This document shows, piece by piece, positions 29,664 through 43,564 of a DNA stretch of 64,000 nt. The position numbers and the translations under genes are program-made. The DNA comes from Vicugna vicugna (lineage: Eukaryota): positions 496,001 to 560,000 of the forward strand of contig MU057701.1 in NCBI GenBank assembly GCA_013265495.1, in the 5' to 3' direction. The notes below the pieces were generated by a model. It was not told the DNA's origin. It saw only the letters and a program-made list of their open reading frames with translations, and searched no databases. Numbering within the stretch: the first letter of the stretch is position 1; every line of letters begins with the position of its first letter.

Positions 29664-30347
29664 GTAGGCGCGGCGCCGGGCCCGGCCTCGCCGGCTCCCG
29701 GCCCCCTGCCCTGGGTCGCTGCGTCCCCCGCCGCTGCCTCCCGGTTGGCAGGTCCACTGCGGACGGCGGGGAAACCCTTGTGAAACATTACCTCCCAAAC
29801 CGGGAGGCTGGAGGGGGAGGAGGAAGGGGAGTTGCTGTTTCCACTTGTCACACCAGCAGGGAGGGCGGCGATGAGCTGGGCGGTGGACTCTAGGTGGGCT
29901 CCTTGGGGTTGCTGGGAATCAGAATGCGCCAAAAGGAGTGGGTGGCCCCCTCCCTCCAATGAGAAAATGAATAAAGCAAACCTAAGAGCCCCAGGTGCGT
30001 CCTGATAGAGGGGGCATCCCGTCCTGGTGTGGGCCCAGGCTCCCCTCCCGCCCTTCGCTATAAGGTTGGGGTGCCGGAGAAGCCCTTTGCCCTCGGGATC
30101 TGGAGGCCCTGGGCCCCGCTGGGAGCACCCCGGAGCCCTTGAGGGGGGGGTCCGTTTGGGCCCAGACCCTTTGCCATAGCCACCAGCCTGGGCGCCGCTC
30201 CCGCCACCCCCGCACATCGAGGATCCGGGACCTGGCTTCGACCTTTCGCTAACCGACTGGCTGGGAAACTTTCTGCGTGTCTTGTTTCTTCCGCCGCTAG
30301 GAGAGAGGTTTGCGGGCGAGCCGAGAGCGGTGAGGTCTGCAGCATGG

Positions 30348-30361
30348 CCACAGGGGGGCGC
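30348..30361 (+). promoter_or_regulatory. Candidate CTCF site CCACAGGGGGGCGC
   Basis: Near-consensus core in context TGGCCACAGGGGGGCGCTC at the 3' edge of the island. Confidence 0.45.
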
Positions 30362-33300
30362 TCCAGCACGAGGGTGCGGGCCCGACCTCGGCTCTGGGGT
30401 CCCACCGCTGCAAGGAGAGCTTCAGAGGGGCGAGGGGCGGGGGCTTGTCCTAGGCTCGTCCTCCGCGCGCTGCTCAGGTTCCTTTCTCCCGATCCAACCC
30501 CCCTCCCCCCAGCCAGCAGCCAGCTCCATCATTCAGGAAATGATGACTCAGTAAGGATTATTAAGGCCCCGGGTTCCCTTTATTCCCCCTATGCCTCCCT
30601 GTCTTTTTGGTGATTTCACGGTTGCTTAGCGCCTGTCCAGGGACAGCGAGGGAGCCTGAAGCCAGTCAAGGGAGTTTGAAACTTACTAGTGTGGTTTGGT
30701 GTGGCAACACACATGACACCAGCGACCCAAACCGTATTTATATTTAAATACAGTGCACTTAATCTGCCAGATGTGTTACTGAGCCACTATGTAGAAGGGG
30801 CGAGGTGCTTTGGGAGAGAAAAAGGTATTTAACTAAGAACGTGGTTATGCTTCCAAGGAGCCTGCCTTCATTTGTCGTCTGGAGCAAATGTTAAGGCAAG
30901 ACACAAATACAATCCAAGGCAGGATCAAAGCAGCTCTAAGTTTACAACACGTATCCCAGGGACACTGGCTGCCAAAGAGAGAGAAATCAGCCCCGACCCG
31001 AAAGATAAACCGAGCAGTTCGTTAGCTTTAGAGGAGAGAGCGTTTGAGCAAGGTCTTTGAAGGATGGATGCCATGTGGGTAGGCAGACCGTGGAAATCAA
31101 GTGCAGAAGCAGCAACATCTATATGGAGAATGGGGGAGGTGAATGAATGAATGGTTAACAGGGTGTTTCTAGAAAAGTTTAGATCTTGCCACCCCTGGAC
31201 CGCTGATCTGGAATAGTTCAGCTTGAAAGTATGTAAGCTTCTACTCCACCTCCTCCTAATGACTTTATTTACTGAGCGGAGTTTGGGATCTAAAGGCAAT
31301 GCTGGTACTGCATGAACTGCCCCCAAATGCAGGTGATAGATACGAAGATAACCAGTTCTAGAGTCTTCTGAACTCCCGACGAAAGTTCTTTCTTCTGGTT
31401 GGTTCCCTCCTCAAGCTTTCTTGAACCCTCAGGCACCGCTCTTTCTCCTTTTTTTTTTCTTTGGTACTGAAACACCCACAACTTTGGGGTGAGGTAATTG
31501 CATTTGAGTGGTATAGGTGGAGGCCTTTCCTTTCTTAATTGGCAAATGAAATAGGACTCGACCTGTAATATAATGTATAATTGTAACTTAATTAATGTAA
31601 AATGCATTTGGACCAAAACATGATTCAGTGTCTGTAAGGTCACATTCTGAAGTAGTTTTCTTCTTTGTTACAGAGGCAGGGGTGCAGTTTAGACAGATGG
31701 AAGTTTCAGATTAACCAAATCAGATGATGGATGAGGAAACTAGGCCCAGTTTGCCAGAGGTTAGATCCCTGAGTCTGAATGGTCGTAAACCCCACAGTGT
31801 CCACCATCCACCTTTGCACTATGTCCTGATCTTGGCACTGAAAAGTGGGAAGCAACTTCAGTGTCTTCAAAGAATACAGTTACCTTTGACTTAGGTAGAC
31901 TTTTGGAAGCCTCACTTTTGCTACAACTCGTGCTTTGCCTTGGGCCTGATCCGGCCTATGTGGAACCTTTCTAGGACTTGTTTCTGTTTTAACCACCATA
32001 GTTAATTAGTAGCAATGTCTATACTTTTAAAAATGAGGCAGATGCCCTTGTTTTGGAGAGTCATCCAAAGAAGCAACACTATATGTCCATTCTTCTTCCC
32101 TGTCCTTATCCCATTTAACTCCTGGTAGAGGGGACTATAAGGGGAACTGTGTGTTATGTCCACATTTTGCAGATGAGTGAACTGAGATTCCCAAAGGTTA
32201 AGTAATGTGCGCCAGGCCACACAACTTGACTAGTTAATAGTCAAGCCAGAACCCGAGCCATGGTAAAACCCGTTAGTATTTGTTTCTCCCTACTCTGATC
32301 TTTGCCTGTTACTGATATTTAATCCAGCAAAATGAAAAAAAAATTATTGAAAACAAATAAAGTCAGCCCAATCAACTAAATGAAAAATCAAAGACCTTTT
32401 GAATTGATTACTGTTACTGGTTTCTACTATTTCTCTCACCTTATTTTAACTCATAAAATGTTCCCTGGTTCCAGGAAAGAAGAACAGCTCTAGGAGATAA
32501 AGCAAATAAAGCTGAATTACAGTCTAGATCAGAGTGTTGGTGTTTTGTTTTTTAGAGATTAATTTCAGAGTAAAGAATTATAAGAAGTAACATCTCATAA
32601 ATTAATTTTAATTAAAAAAAAAAACCCCACTTCATTGAACTCGTCTCCTCATTTACGTTCAGTGTTGTCTCTGAACTAAATATAACCCCATTGGAAAGTT
32701 CTAAACAGTAAAGGTCCCTGGGGACCAATAGCTGGCTATGAAGAGACACTTATCATTGTCTTCATTTGAAACATTTGGTGATGTAGATTCAAGAATTTTA
32801 GACTTGGAAGGCCTATTAGAGTTGGTCTATAGTTGAACCATTTCATTTTGTGGAAGAGAAAACTAGTGCTACAGAAGGTTCTGTTCATGGCCCATCTCAT
32901 AACCAAGGGCAGGGTCTAGTCCAGAACCTGGAGCAAAGCTCTTTTGCTACAGGCTAGGGGTTCCCCCATTTCTTCCCGCTCTGGGATTCCTTGCTGGAAG
33001 GAAATATTATTGCTAAGCCAGATGTGCAAAGCAGGATTCTAAGCTGTCTTCAGTTGGAAGGTGGCTTGGAAACTGACCTTGTCTATTTAGGGGACCTTTA
33101 GGGGTTGTCAGCTGATTGGAAGGTGGCCAGGGGCCCCTCTTTGAAATTGCTTTTGTATAATAAGTCCACTGGTTTTCCTTAGATTGTATGTTTATTTGGG
33201 GTGGCTTTTGGATGTGTGACTCAGTGGAGTTTATGGTAGAGTCCAAGGCCCTTCCCTCCCAAGCCGCTGCTTGGTGCTGCCACTGGTCCCAGCATCCTGG

Positions 33301-34680
33301 TCACAAACTGCATCTTCAGGACTCTTTGGAGCACAGACTGACCACCCCTCCCTGACAGTAAGATAAGCATCTTCCAAGAGCTAAGCACATCCTAATATGA
33401 TCTAAGACAGGAACTTTTTCTATTTTATTGCTTGCTTTGGTGTTAAAACACTTCCTGTTCCGACTACATCAGCATTAATGTCTGGGATTTATTTGTGGTC
33501 TTTAGGGATTTGATACATAACGAAAAATAGAAACAATCCCCTCCCCTCCAAGAAAAGAAGAAAGAGAGAGAAAGAAAAGGAAAAAAAAAAAAGCCACCCA
33601 ACTTTTTAATACAGAATAGTATGTCATTCTTTGCCCCGGCAGGGAGCCAGTACACTTTAACCAGGCTCCCCCGAGTCCCCAGAGAATTTTCTTGCGCACA
33701 TTTCTGAGAACAGATTTGGGATCTGTTGGGTGGTGCTGTCTCAGGAATGACATAAATGAGGATGCCAAAATACCCAGCAGTTCTCCTTTTTGCTCCGTTT
33801 CAAAGGATTTTTGTGAAATGCATCTGGAAACCAATTGTGACAGAAATTCTTTAAGGAAAGAGATTTTTAGTTTGATATTTTAATTGATAGTTTCCGTACC
33901 AAGTGATAACCTCCTTAGATAATCTCATAGACCTTCTCCAGGGTTCCTCATAAACATAATTTTGGAAAGAATGAGCACTATTTTGACTGTTTTTTGGTGT
34001 TTTCTTTTCCTTTTTCTTGACTGTTAGCCTAGTTGGGAGGCACCAAGGCCAGGGTTATGAGTGATTTCTGGGCAATTCTGTAGCCTCTCTTGCCTGATTC
34101 AGAGTCAGGGAAGAGCGTTCCTCATTGCTGCCCTGCTACCTCACAAAGCTCCCTACTCCATTGTGAGGGGCACGGGGGAAGTGAGGGGCAGGTTAATGGA
34201 TCAGGACAAACCTTTCACCACTAATGGAACAGACAGCAAGGAGCAGATGCTGTCTTCCTGGCCAGTCAGTGGAAGTGACTTTGTGGAAGAAGGACACTGC
34301 ATTTTCCCTTTGATCTGGGTGTGAATGCCTGTCGCATGAAACTGATTCTGGGCCTTGGAAAACAAAGTTTGCATACCGTTGTTAACAAAACCCTAGTTAA
34401 AAGTGGGTAGTAATTAACTTTTTCTTTTCATTATAAAGGCATGGAACAAGTTCATAAGGCTGCTCTCAAAAATCAACTGAAAAACCCTGTATCTGATTAA
34501 GTGAGAATTACCGATATTTAGGGGAAAGCAAGGCATCTTTGTTTCAGAAAGTCTCTCATTTCAGGTGAATGGAGAATCCTATTTTTAATCAGTAGTTTTA
34601 AAAAATTAATATATTTTCAACACTCAACCTCTTTAATACCTCTTCCTTGCCCCAGAGTATCAATAAGGGAAGAGTGTATT

Positions 34681-34705
34681 TGTGTGTGTGTGTGTGTGTG
34701 TGTGT
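34681..34705. repeat. (TG)12 microsatellite
   Basis: Read directly. Confidence 0.95.
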
Positions 34706-35341
34706 AGGGCGGAGGGTTCACAAAGATGTTTTGTTTTTTTAAATAGAAAATTGTGTGCACAGTGACAGGCAGTAAATGTGTTTTTCAGGGGCAGCAATTA
34801 CTGGGAAAGTACGTTGAGGTTCATTGCTTTAGCTGCCTGAGTGAGGCCACAGGTGCCCAGCTGGCCTGTGTGGGCCCTGGCCTGCTTTTTGTTGCCTTGA
34901 GGTCTGTATGGTCAAGTAACTCTGAAAACTTTTTCTGAAAACTATCTAACAGTTCTGCCTCTGTTCAGAGAAAGAGACAGATATAGAAACCAGATGATTT
35001 CTAGCAAGAAGTCAGGAAGGTTTTACATATTTTTAGCAAATTCAGCTCACTGGAAGGGGAAAAAAAGAATTTCAGATTGCAGACTGCCAACTGCCTGCCC
35101 TCCGTATCTCATGCTTGAAATCAGGAATTTTGTGGTATTCCCCAGTGGAGATTTTTTCGTAGAGCTACATGGCAGATGAAGTCCAAGTGTGTTACAACTA
35201 TTAAAACTGGAAAACACATTGTATCTGGAAAATCTAAAGTCTGAAAAACTAATCTTGGAAGCTTGACTTCTTATACCATCCACCCTCCAACTTACGGAAA
35301 CTTACAAACAATTCATATAAACAGGATCTCAGGGTTGCACA

Positions 35342-35355
35342 CCTCCAGGGGGCGC
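35342..35355 (+). promoter_or_regulatory. Candidate CTCF site CCTCCAGGGGGCGC
   Basis: Near-consensus core that retains its CpG within otherwise CpG-poor intron. Confidence 0.55.
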
Positions 35356-36259
35356 CATTTACATGGAACCCAATGGGAATTGTGCAGTGTGATAGCCCTG
35401 CAGCTGACCAACTGCCTTTGTCAGCCGTCTTAAGCTCCCCAGCCCCTAGTGCTGTCACGTGTTAAAACTTAACAGTTTGTAGCAAACTTGCACATTTAAA
35501 GTGGAAATGTTACCTCCTCAGAGACATCTTTCCTGACCACTCCATATAAAATAATTTTTCCCTAGTGTATACATCTATCAAAATTCATGAAATTGTACAT
35601 CTGAAATATGTGTAGTTTACTGTACAGGAACCATACCATAATAAAGGTGTTAAAAAAATTTCCCCCTATTCTCTATCTTTGCACTTGTTTATTTCCCTCA
35701 TAGCATTTATCTTTTTTTTTGCATTTATCTTAATCCGTACTTATTTGTTTACTTATTTATCATCCACCTCCATCACTCTTTTCAACGTGTGATCCACATA
35801 AGAAATTACTGACAAGACCTTATTTTTCTTTCATACTAAATCTTTGAAATCTGGTGTGTATTTTCCATTTTGAGGTGCACTTCAATTCCCACTAGGCACT
35901 TTGCAGCGCTCAAGGGCCACATGTGGCTGGTGGCTGTCACATCCAATATAGGGCCACTCTAGTGCTTAAACCTTGGGTCTGGTACACAGCAAATGCTTGC
36001 TGAATGAATGGATGGGAAGAAGCTGAGGAAAATAGGAACTTTTTAGGAAAGCTGACCATAAATGTTTTCCTTCACACTGTTTAAGTTTTTTCCCTTAAGT
36101 TTTATACCTCTTGAAATTTTATAAACTGGAGATTCTTTTGTGTTTTAAAAAAAAATCCCTTATTTTAAAATTCCAAAGTGATATGCCTGAGAAGTTTGAG
36201 GCCAGTCATTCCTGGGAGTTAATGTAATCAGTCTTGCTATCCTCCTAATTCCTGGAGGA

Positions 36260-36770
36260 GTGTATTCAATATTTATTGCTGTATAACAGATTTTTGCAAA
36301 CTCAGTGGCTTAAAACAATACCCGTTCATTATCTCACAGTCTCTGCAGGCCAGAAGTCTATATGACTGGCTTCTCTGCTCAATCTCACAGGGTTGAAATC
36401 AAGCTGCATTTTCTTCTGGGGTTGAGAGTACTCTTCCAAGTTCGCATGGTTGTTGGCAGAATTCTGTTCCTTGGGGCTGCAAGACTAGTCCTCCTTCTTG
36501 CTGGCCACCAGCTTGGGGCCAGCTCTTAGAGGCCACCTGCTGTTTCCTGCTTTGCATTCTCCACAGTGTGGCCCTTTCTCCTTCAAGGCCAACAGGAGAG
36601 CATTTGCTGCAGCTTTGAATCTCTGAATTCTTGTCTCTGATCTCTACTCTTTTGCAAAATGACTGGCCTGATTAGGTCAGGCCCATCCACATTTAAGGGG
36701 AAGAAACAGTACATATACAGGATGTGCACACCAAGGAGTGAGGATCTTAGGGATCATTCTGACTACCATA
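36260..36770 (-). mobile_element. MLT1 (MaLR) solo LTR
   Basis: TATTGCTGTATAACA...AGTGGCTTAAAACAA...TCTCACAGT...GATTAGGTCAGGCCCA motifs. Confidence 0.7.
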
Positions 36771-39700
36771 TGGAGATTAGCTGAATTGAAAGTTTCCATT
36801 GGAAGAAAGAAGAGGTAGTTATTTCTTGTATGTGGGAAACTTAGGGATCTGGAAGGTCCAAGTTGGCACTCGGGGACAGCATAAAAGCACTCATATCACA
36901 AATACCTATTGAACTCCTCCTGTGTGCCAGGTGCTAGGTCAGGTGCTTGACCAGTGCTAGGGATGGAGCAGCAAACAAGACAGACCGTGATCCCTGTCCT
37001 CTTTGAGCTTTGAGAAGTTTCATTGCCATCTTAAAATAGATTATGGTGATGGTTGCACAGTTCTGTGTAAATATATTAAAAACCGTTGAATTGATACATA
37101 CAAATACAGTTCAGTAAAGCTACTTTTTTTTTTTTAAAGAGAGGTATCTATGGATTTTTTCCAGCAGAATAGACATCTATGTTCAGAGAGAGAGCCACTG
37201 GCAGAATTTGAATTATGAGTATGTACACTGAAAAGTTATGGTACCTGGACTCAAGAAGATGAGTCTGGTTGTCCTGAATTTAAATAGCTTTCCAAAGGAG
37301 GTTCTTCTCTTCTGCAGCAGTGTGGGGCAAAAATCTGCCAGATTTGGACCAGAATGATCGCAGTTTAGGTCAGAGTTTGATACTCAGGGGAGAAAAGTAA
37401 TCACAACTTGAATAGCTGCCCTAAGGCCACCTGCGGGGCTTTAGGGTACTGGGGGACATTCACTGACAGATTTCACAGTCCTCAGAAGCAACCCCCACCC
37501 CAGCTGCCCGGGACAGAGACTGACATGGCCATCGTTCATGAAAGGATCAGTAAGTACCTGGTGGCCTTTCTGGCTGTGGCTCCAGGTCCATTCCTCTGCT
37601 TTCTCTGCACATTGAGTAGGAAACAATGTGTTAGCAGAGTGAACCCTAGAATACACGTTCTGGAGGAGATGGTTCCTCTGCCTTATTCATCTCTGGCAGA
37701 TGACCTTAAGACTTTCCATCATGGGCTTTATTATAAAGTAGGCTAAATGACTACTTAAACCATGTGTCAATGGTCTCTGTCTAGGATAGCAGAATCATAT
37801 CCCATTAGGCTGGGCAAGTCTCCCAGGATGGCAGAGAGTTAGAAGGAACCCCCTCCGCACAGGACACACTGCCTTGGCCACTGGCTTTACTCATGACGGA
37901 GAGAGGAGTCTAGGGTCACCGCCACTTCCTGGCTGACCGCCTGAGCTACGTTATATGATGCTGTTTGTTGATTTAGAAACATGAAAGCCAGAGCTCACCA
38001 AGGTTTTGACATCAAGTGTTAAAATGACTCATTCTTTCATTTCCCAGCTCTGACAAAAGGGGACTACTCTTAAAACTCCTTTTTAGACTTAGTCTACGTT
38101 GACTCATCCATCTAAACAAGTAGCTAACGTAAATTCTTGATCAGATTTATCTAATGTTTCTTCGCTTTTTTTTTTTTTTGGCTTCTTTCAAAGTTGGGGT
38201 GAAGCATGGCCTTCCAGAATTCCTGTTGTTCCTGAGCAAAGGAAAAAACCTCTTCCTTTAATTCCTTTAGAATTATATCTGACAATCTTTAGGGTGTTGC
38301 TTCCTTTCCCAGAATGAATCACCTAGAGAAGTTAAGATTGGCAAACAAATGTAACTTGATGACAGCCTATAATAATGTTATTTAAATACCTAATGTATGC
38401 AGCTAATCTCCAAAGACCACTCCCTGCTCCATGTCACTCACACACACCATTGAGGTCTGATTATATTTGCTGTATTAAGGTCAGATCCAGGTGTTTCTCA
38501 GCACTAGTTTTTGTGTTTTTATACTCCAATTAACTAATCTGTGTATTTATTCAAAAGAAAATTTATCAGCTGGGGAGTGAGAAGTCACCATTAACTTGGA
38601 TGCTAATCTGATTAAGTTGTCAAAGCCTTCAGATGCATCGGGTCTTCCTTGCTGGATTATTTGTAGTTCCCAAAAGCTTTTCAGTATTTTCTAATTTTAA
38701 CCATCTCTTCAATATTTTCTAGTTATAACCATTGTGGAGGGATCTATTTATTTGTTCTTAAAATGGCCAAGTTTCTCTTATCTCTCTGGCAAAAGTGTTT
38801 CCAACTTGCATAGACAGTTTATAGTGGCAGTGAAGGTACCTGTTAATGATATTGTGCCCACACTTCCTGAAAAGTATTGTGGAGGACTAGGCAGTGCAGA
38901 AAGAGCACCTAGAAAGTGCAGGGTTGTGCTGTTCATTTTGCTTATCTGAGCCATCTCCATTTTCATGTCTTACACAGATCGTGAAAGTTGCTCACCCTGA
39001 CTCTCGATCACAGCAGAGAGGAGCTAGGCAGTTACCCTGTGTCACAAGGTCTTGGCTGAGTGCAGCCTGGCAGTAACCTTGCTTTTATGTACATAATGAA
39101 ATAGTCAGGACTATGTGCCTCAGCAGCACATCCCATGAAATATTCTGTTTGGAAAATAAGTGTTTAAAAAATTTAGTTTCTGTTTTATATGCTTGGATTG
39201 GTTGCAGTCCCATTCCACATACAAAGGAGGGGAAGAGAGAATTACATCTGTTGAGTGCTTTCTTGTTTATTTAGTCCCTGTAGTGGTCCTCTGAGTTGGA
39301 TATTATCATCCCATTTTACGGATGCTTGTGTGGCTAGTAAGTGGGAGACTTAGAGTCATGCCTCGGCTGATCAGACTGCAGGGCCCGGGCTCTTTGCTTT
39401 CCCAACTCTGCCTTCCCTAGAATCCCAACGCTGGAAGAAGCATTAGAGATTATTTAGTTCTGTCCCAGCGCGCGCACACACACACAGACACACACAAAAC
39501 CCAATTTCTTAAAGACTGAATAACTTGTTCAGGATTATGGAAGGAAACAATTGGGGGAAAACAGTTCTTCAGTTAAGCTAACAGAGTGGTCCATAAGTTT
39601 TATTTCCTATTGAACAGTTTTACCCAAGTATTAAACCAAGTGACATTCCTCAGTTTAACTTTGATAAATGAATCATACTTTTCTTTGAAAATAACTTTCG

Positions 39701-40561
39701 TAGCTCATGCTCTAAAAAGAGAACCACCTCTACGCTTTGGGAAATTATTCCTTTTAATGGCAGCAAAAACCTTTGGCTTCACAGACATCATCAGCAGAGA
39801 TGTTCGCTGCTGAGCACCCATGGGTTTCTCAAATTAGTATCTGGAGAGAACAATGGGAACAGACAAGCGACACCATGTTTTTGGCATATTTAGTTGAAAA
39901 CAACTTAAAACTCTTCACATGAAGGTAAGCAAATTGGAGGTTATGAAAAACTATCAAAATGTATTATTCGGCGTTGTCTGTTTTCCCTTCCTGCTGAGAC
40001 GGCTGCTCTTTGGAAACTTGTGTCTTACCTTTACGAGCACTGCCTCCAGAGGCAGTTTACAAACCTCATGCACAAACTAATATTGTTCCTCTGTAGTCAC
40101 AGCTCATGTGGGCTCAAATAAAATTGTTAACTTGATAAGATTATTATTTTGAAAATAGAGCTGCGAAAATTTTTTTTTTCAAAATTAAAAAATAGTTCTC
40201 CAAAGACATTCACCATTACCAAGAATGTTAAAAATGATGAAAAAATCCAAACAAACCTGCCCTAAGTTCCACAGTGGAGATTCAGAGATGTTTTGCTCTG
40301 TGTCAGCACTATTGAAGTAAACATGTAATCACCTAAAATGAACTCTGAAGGGCACCACACTTAATTGGATGTGTGTATTCTGGTAAGTTTTTTAAAATAA
40401 TAATTTTAAGAAATTATGGTAAAACACATACTGCATAAAATTTGCCATCTTAACCATTTTTAAGTATAGAGTGTGGTGGCATTAAGTACATTCACATTGT
40501 TGGGAAACCATGACCACCAGCTTCTTCAGAATTCTTTTCATTTTGCAAGACTGAAACTGAG

Positions 40562-40657
40562 TTTTTCTTTTTTTTTAATGGAGTTACTGGGAATTGAACC
40601 CAGGACCTCCTGCACGCTAAGCATGTTCTGTACCATCGAGCTATACACCCCCCCCCC
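40562..40657 (-). mobile_element. tRNA-derived SINE, short form, nested in an L1 3' end
   Basis: Flanked by the ACTGAAACT repeat; interrupts L1 sequence at about 40410-40745. Confidence 0.85.
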
Positions 40658-42596
40658 AAAACTGAAACTCTTTATCCATAAACAATAACTCCCTATACAC
40701 CTTCCTCCGACCCACGGTAGCCACCATTCTACTTTCTGTCTATGAGGTATCTGGTCTCGAGGTATCTGGTCAGCTTTTTTTCCTTTCCTTTGAAGCATTG
40801 GTTATATTACCTTATCATTAAACTCACACATCATTTCCTGAAACAAACTCAACAGAACTTAATGGAATCTAACTAGAATTTTTTTTCCCCTGAATTCTGC
40901 CTTTTTTTCAAAGGAGGAAAATGATAAGATGGACCCGTATCCATATTTTGGGTGGCATGAATGACTCAATTAATGACTTTTACCTTTGCAGCAACAGCTG
41001 AAGTGCCTAACAATTTTAAGTCAGGCGTCCTACTATATTGTCATTTAACAGAAAAAAGTGGATTTTTGTTCAAAATACTTACTAAGGCAGGAAAAAGTAC
41101 CAGTGCATTTTAGAAGAATTTCAAACAGAGTTGGCACTGACAAGTGTTCTTCTATTAAAGTAGAAGACAGAATATTTGACTAATAATGGTAATGTTTTAT
41201 TCCTGTATCAGGTGGAAACAGACATTAAGTGGACCCTTTTTCTCAATAAAGAAGTTCAGTTAAAATGTTAGCTTTTATTTATTTATTTATTTATTTTAGG
41301 ATTTGATAAATGTTTAATCCAGGAGAAAAAAAATTTCATTATGCTGGCTTATTAATAAATTAACTGTGTAACATGTTCATTCTGGTCAATTCTCTTAGTG
41401 GTGTCTGCAGATAGAGTTTTCATCTCACTAGCCAACAACCTGGATTTCATTAGATTTTATAGGACTATGGTCCTGCCACTCTCAAGGAGCAGTTTGTGTC
41501 CTGAGACATCTTACAGATATCTGTTTACTCTCTAATGCTCCTGAAATATCAGACATCTGCAATACAAAGTCATAGAGAACAACACTCTTGTTAAACTACT
41601 AATTAGAAGTTCAACCAAATAGGAAAGCAACACTGGAGAGATGTTTGAGAAAACAAGACTTGTAATTACCTGCTTATGTGGACAGGGTAGTTCTTTTATT
41701 ATTTTATTATTATTTTTTTAATTTTAATTTTTCCTATTTTTAAATTGAAGCACGACAAGGTAGTTTTAAAGACAGGATTTAGCACTAAAGTTTGTGCTTG
41801 AGCCCCCTGGGCATGTCTTCTGAAGTGCATGAGTTCCCTATGGTTGTTAGTACCCTCGTAACATGTTCCTTCACCAGGACCATTTAGCTGAGTTTATCCT
41901 GATCTGAAATAATGATGCCGACGAAAAGACAAAGATAGCCATTCATATAAGCCTAACACTTATCATTCCGGACTATTTCAGCCTCCGTGAAAGTGACATG
42001 GTGGATAAAAATGGTTTTCTTAATACTTGAAAACTGCTGTGAAAATAGATGGTTCTTTTGCTCAGAGAGACAGGTTTAAAGACGTGAAATATAGTTATTT
42101 AATTCCCCCAAGTGCAAAGAGTTTGGTAACTAGAATTGTATTTAATCATTGGGGTACAGCTTGTACCATGCACAACAGAGACCCAAATCCTGGACTATTG
42201 AAGGTTATGACGAATACTGCTTTTTTTTTTTTTTGATATTATGTTTTTGCTGGTCATAAAGAGGCATCATGTCCAAAATGAAAAACCTTTAGATTCAGGA
42301 TTCAATAGTTCACCTCTTTTGGATTATGTTTGATGGAAACTTGGATGCAGCTGAGTGTAATTATGTTTTTCAGCAGTATGACTTATGGTGCTGCAGGGAT
42401 GGGTGTACTTGGATATTTTTTGCCAAGATCGACAAAAAAGCAGCTTGGTTGTTGTTTTTTTAAAAAATAGTAATTATGCTATTAGTTGTCCAAATGGAAT
42501 AATCCCCTTAAGCCTTTTTAAGAAACACACTTCCAGAAGGGTCAAGTATATTTAAAGTTAGCCATTATTTACATCGTATTCAGCCTTCTGTCTGAG

Positions 42597-42686
42597 CTCT
42601 TTTAGTTCTTTTTCTTCCTTTTCTTTCCTTTCTTTTCTTTCCTTTCTTTTCTTTCCTTTCTTTTCTTTCTTTCTTTCTTTCCCTTC

Positions 42687-42720
<34 letters not shown>

Positions 42721-42764
42721 CTTTCTTCTTTCTTTCTCTTTCTTTCTTTCTTTCTTTCTTTCTT
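42597..42764. repeat. Compound (TTTC)n polypyrimidine microsatellite
   Basis: About 165 nt almost entirely T and C. Confidence 0.95.
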
Positions 42765-43564
42765 GGTAATATTGGTTATAGCTGTCAGAAGCCATCTTAT
42801 TTTTTAAAGGGGTTCCGGAATAGTTCTCACATAAAAAGCAGCCAAATCCCTGGCATCACAGAAGCTTCATCATAGATTCGTCTATTTTCCATTGCAGAAC
42901 AGCTACATTCAGTGTTGTCCTGGCCTTCAGACAGTCTCTTCTGCGGATCTGGAGAACGAATTGCCCAAGGGCCTTACAGGCATCTGTCTTTGAGGAAAGT
43001 TAAGAGCAAAGTAAAAAGGGGCAGTGAGGAGTGGTGGCCAGGGCTAATGGACCGTGCTTCCAGGGTGGAGCCCAGGCCTGTTTCTGACCCCTGGGCTCAG
43101 GATCCGCCCTGGGTGCCTCTCAGATCTACAGGCAGGGATTAAAACCTGTTCACCCTGATGCAGACTTGCTTGGCAGCCACCGCACAACACACCTTTTGGG
43201 TGTGTCTCATCTTCATGCCGGAGGATCAGCTTTCTTTCCCTTTCCTTGGATCTTTTTGAATTGCAAATCAGCCATACCTTACCAAATTCACGTTTTGAAT
43301 CCTGGTAACTGCGCCACCTCTCACAGGGAGTATCATCTCTGAAAAGAGGCATAATCACTTTCAAACACGGTATTTCTTTTGTTTTCCTGTACCCTTTCCT
43401 TTGCCTTTTATTTCCTGGAGCCAAAGTATCTATCTTGCCCCAAATTGGGGTTTCTGGCTTAGAGTGGTGCAGTATGATGAGTTAGAAGCACTAGGTAAGG
43501 CTTTGCTGTGTGAGAGCCATGAATTGATTTAGGGAGACTGGATTTTCTTCAACTTTCAATACCT

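Larger units (their letters stand above)
28540..30480 (+). promoter_or_regulatory. PITPNC1: PITPNC1 CpG island (promoter, 5' UTR, exon 1, start of intron 1)
   Basis: About 1.9 kb of high GC and CpG density; GC box GGGGCGGGG near 30434-30442. Confidence 0.88.

Noticed and set aside
28399..30613. Long overlapping ORFs of up to 304 aa on both strands
   Set aside because: They are a by-product of a stop-poor CpG island and are low-complexity Gly/Arg/Pro/Ala sequences; only the 16-codon PITPNC1 exon is recognisable.
38025..38106. Two AP-1 TGACTCA motifs 75 nt apart (others at 30544, 33217, 40962, 58913)
   Set aside because: Roughly 8 such 7-mers are expected by chance in 64 kb, and there is no independent support.
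41903..41980. Imperfect hairpin CTGAAATA...TATTTCAG with ATGATG, snoRNA-like at first glance
   Set aside because: No properly placed C/D boxes or H/ACA layout; short stems like this arise by chance.
42580..42795. Lys/Arg/Glu-rich 71-aa ORF
   Set aside because: It is the translation of the (GAAA)n microsatellite.
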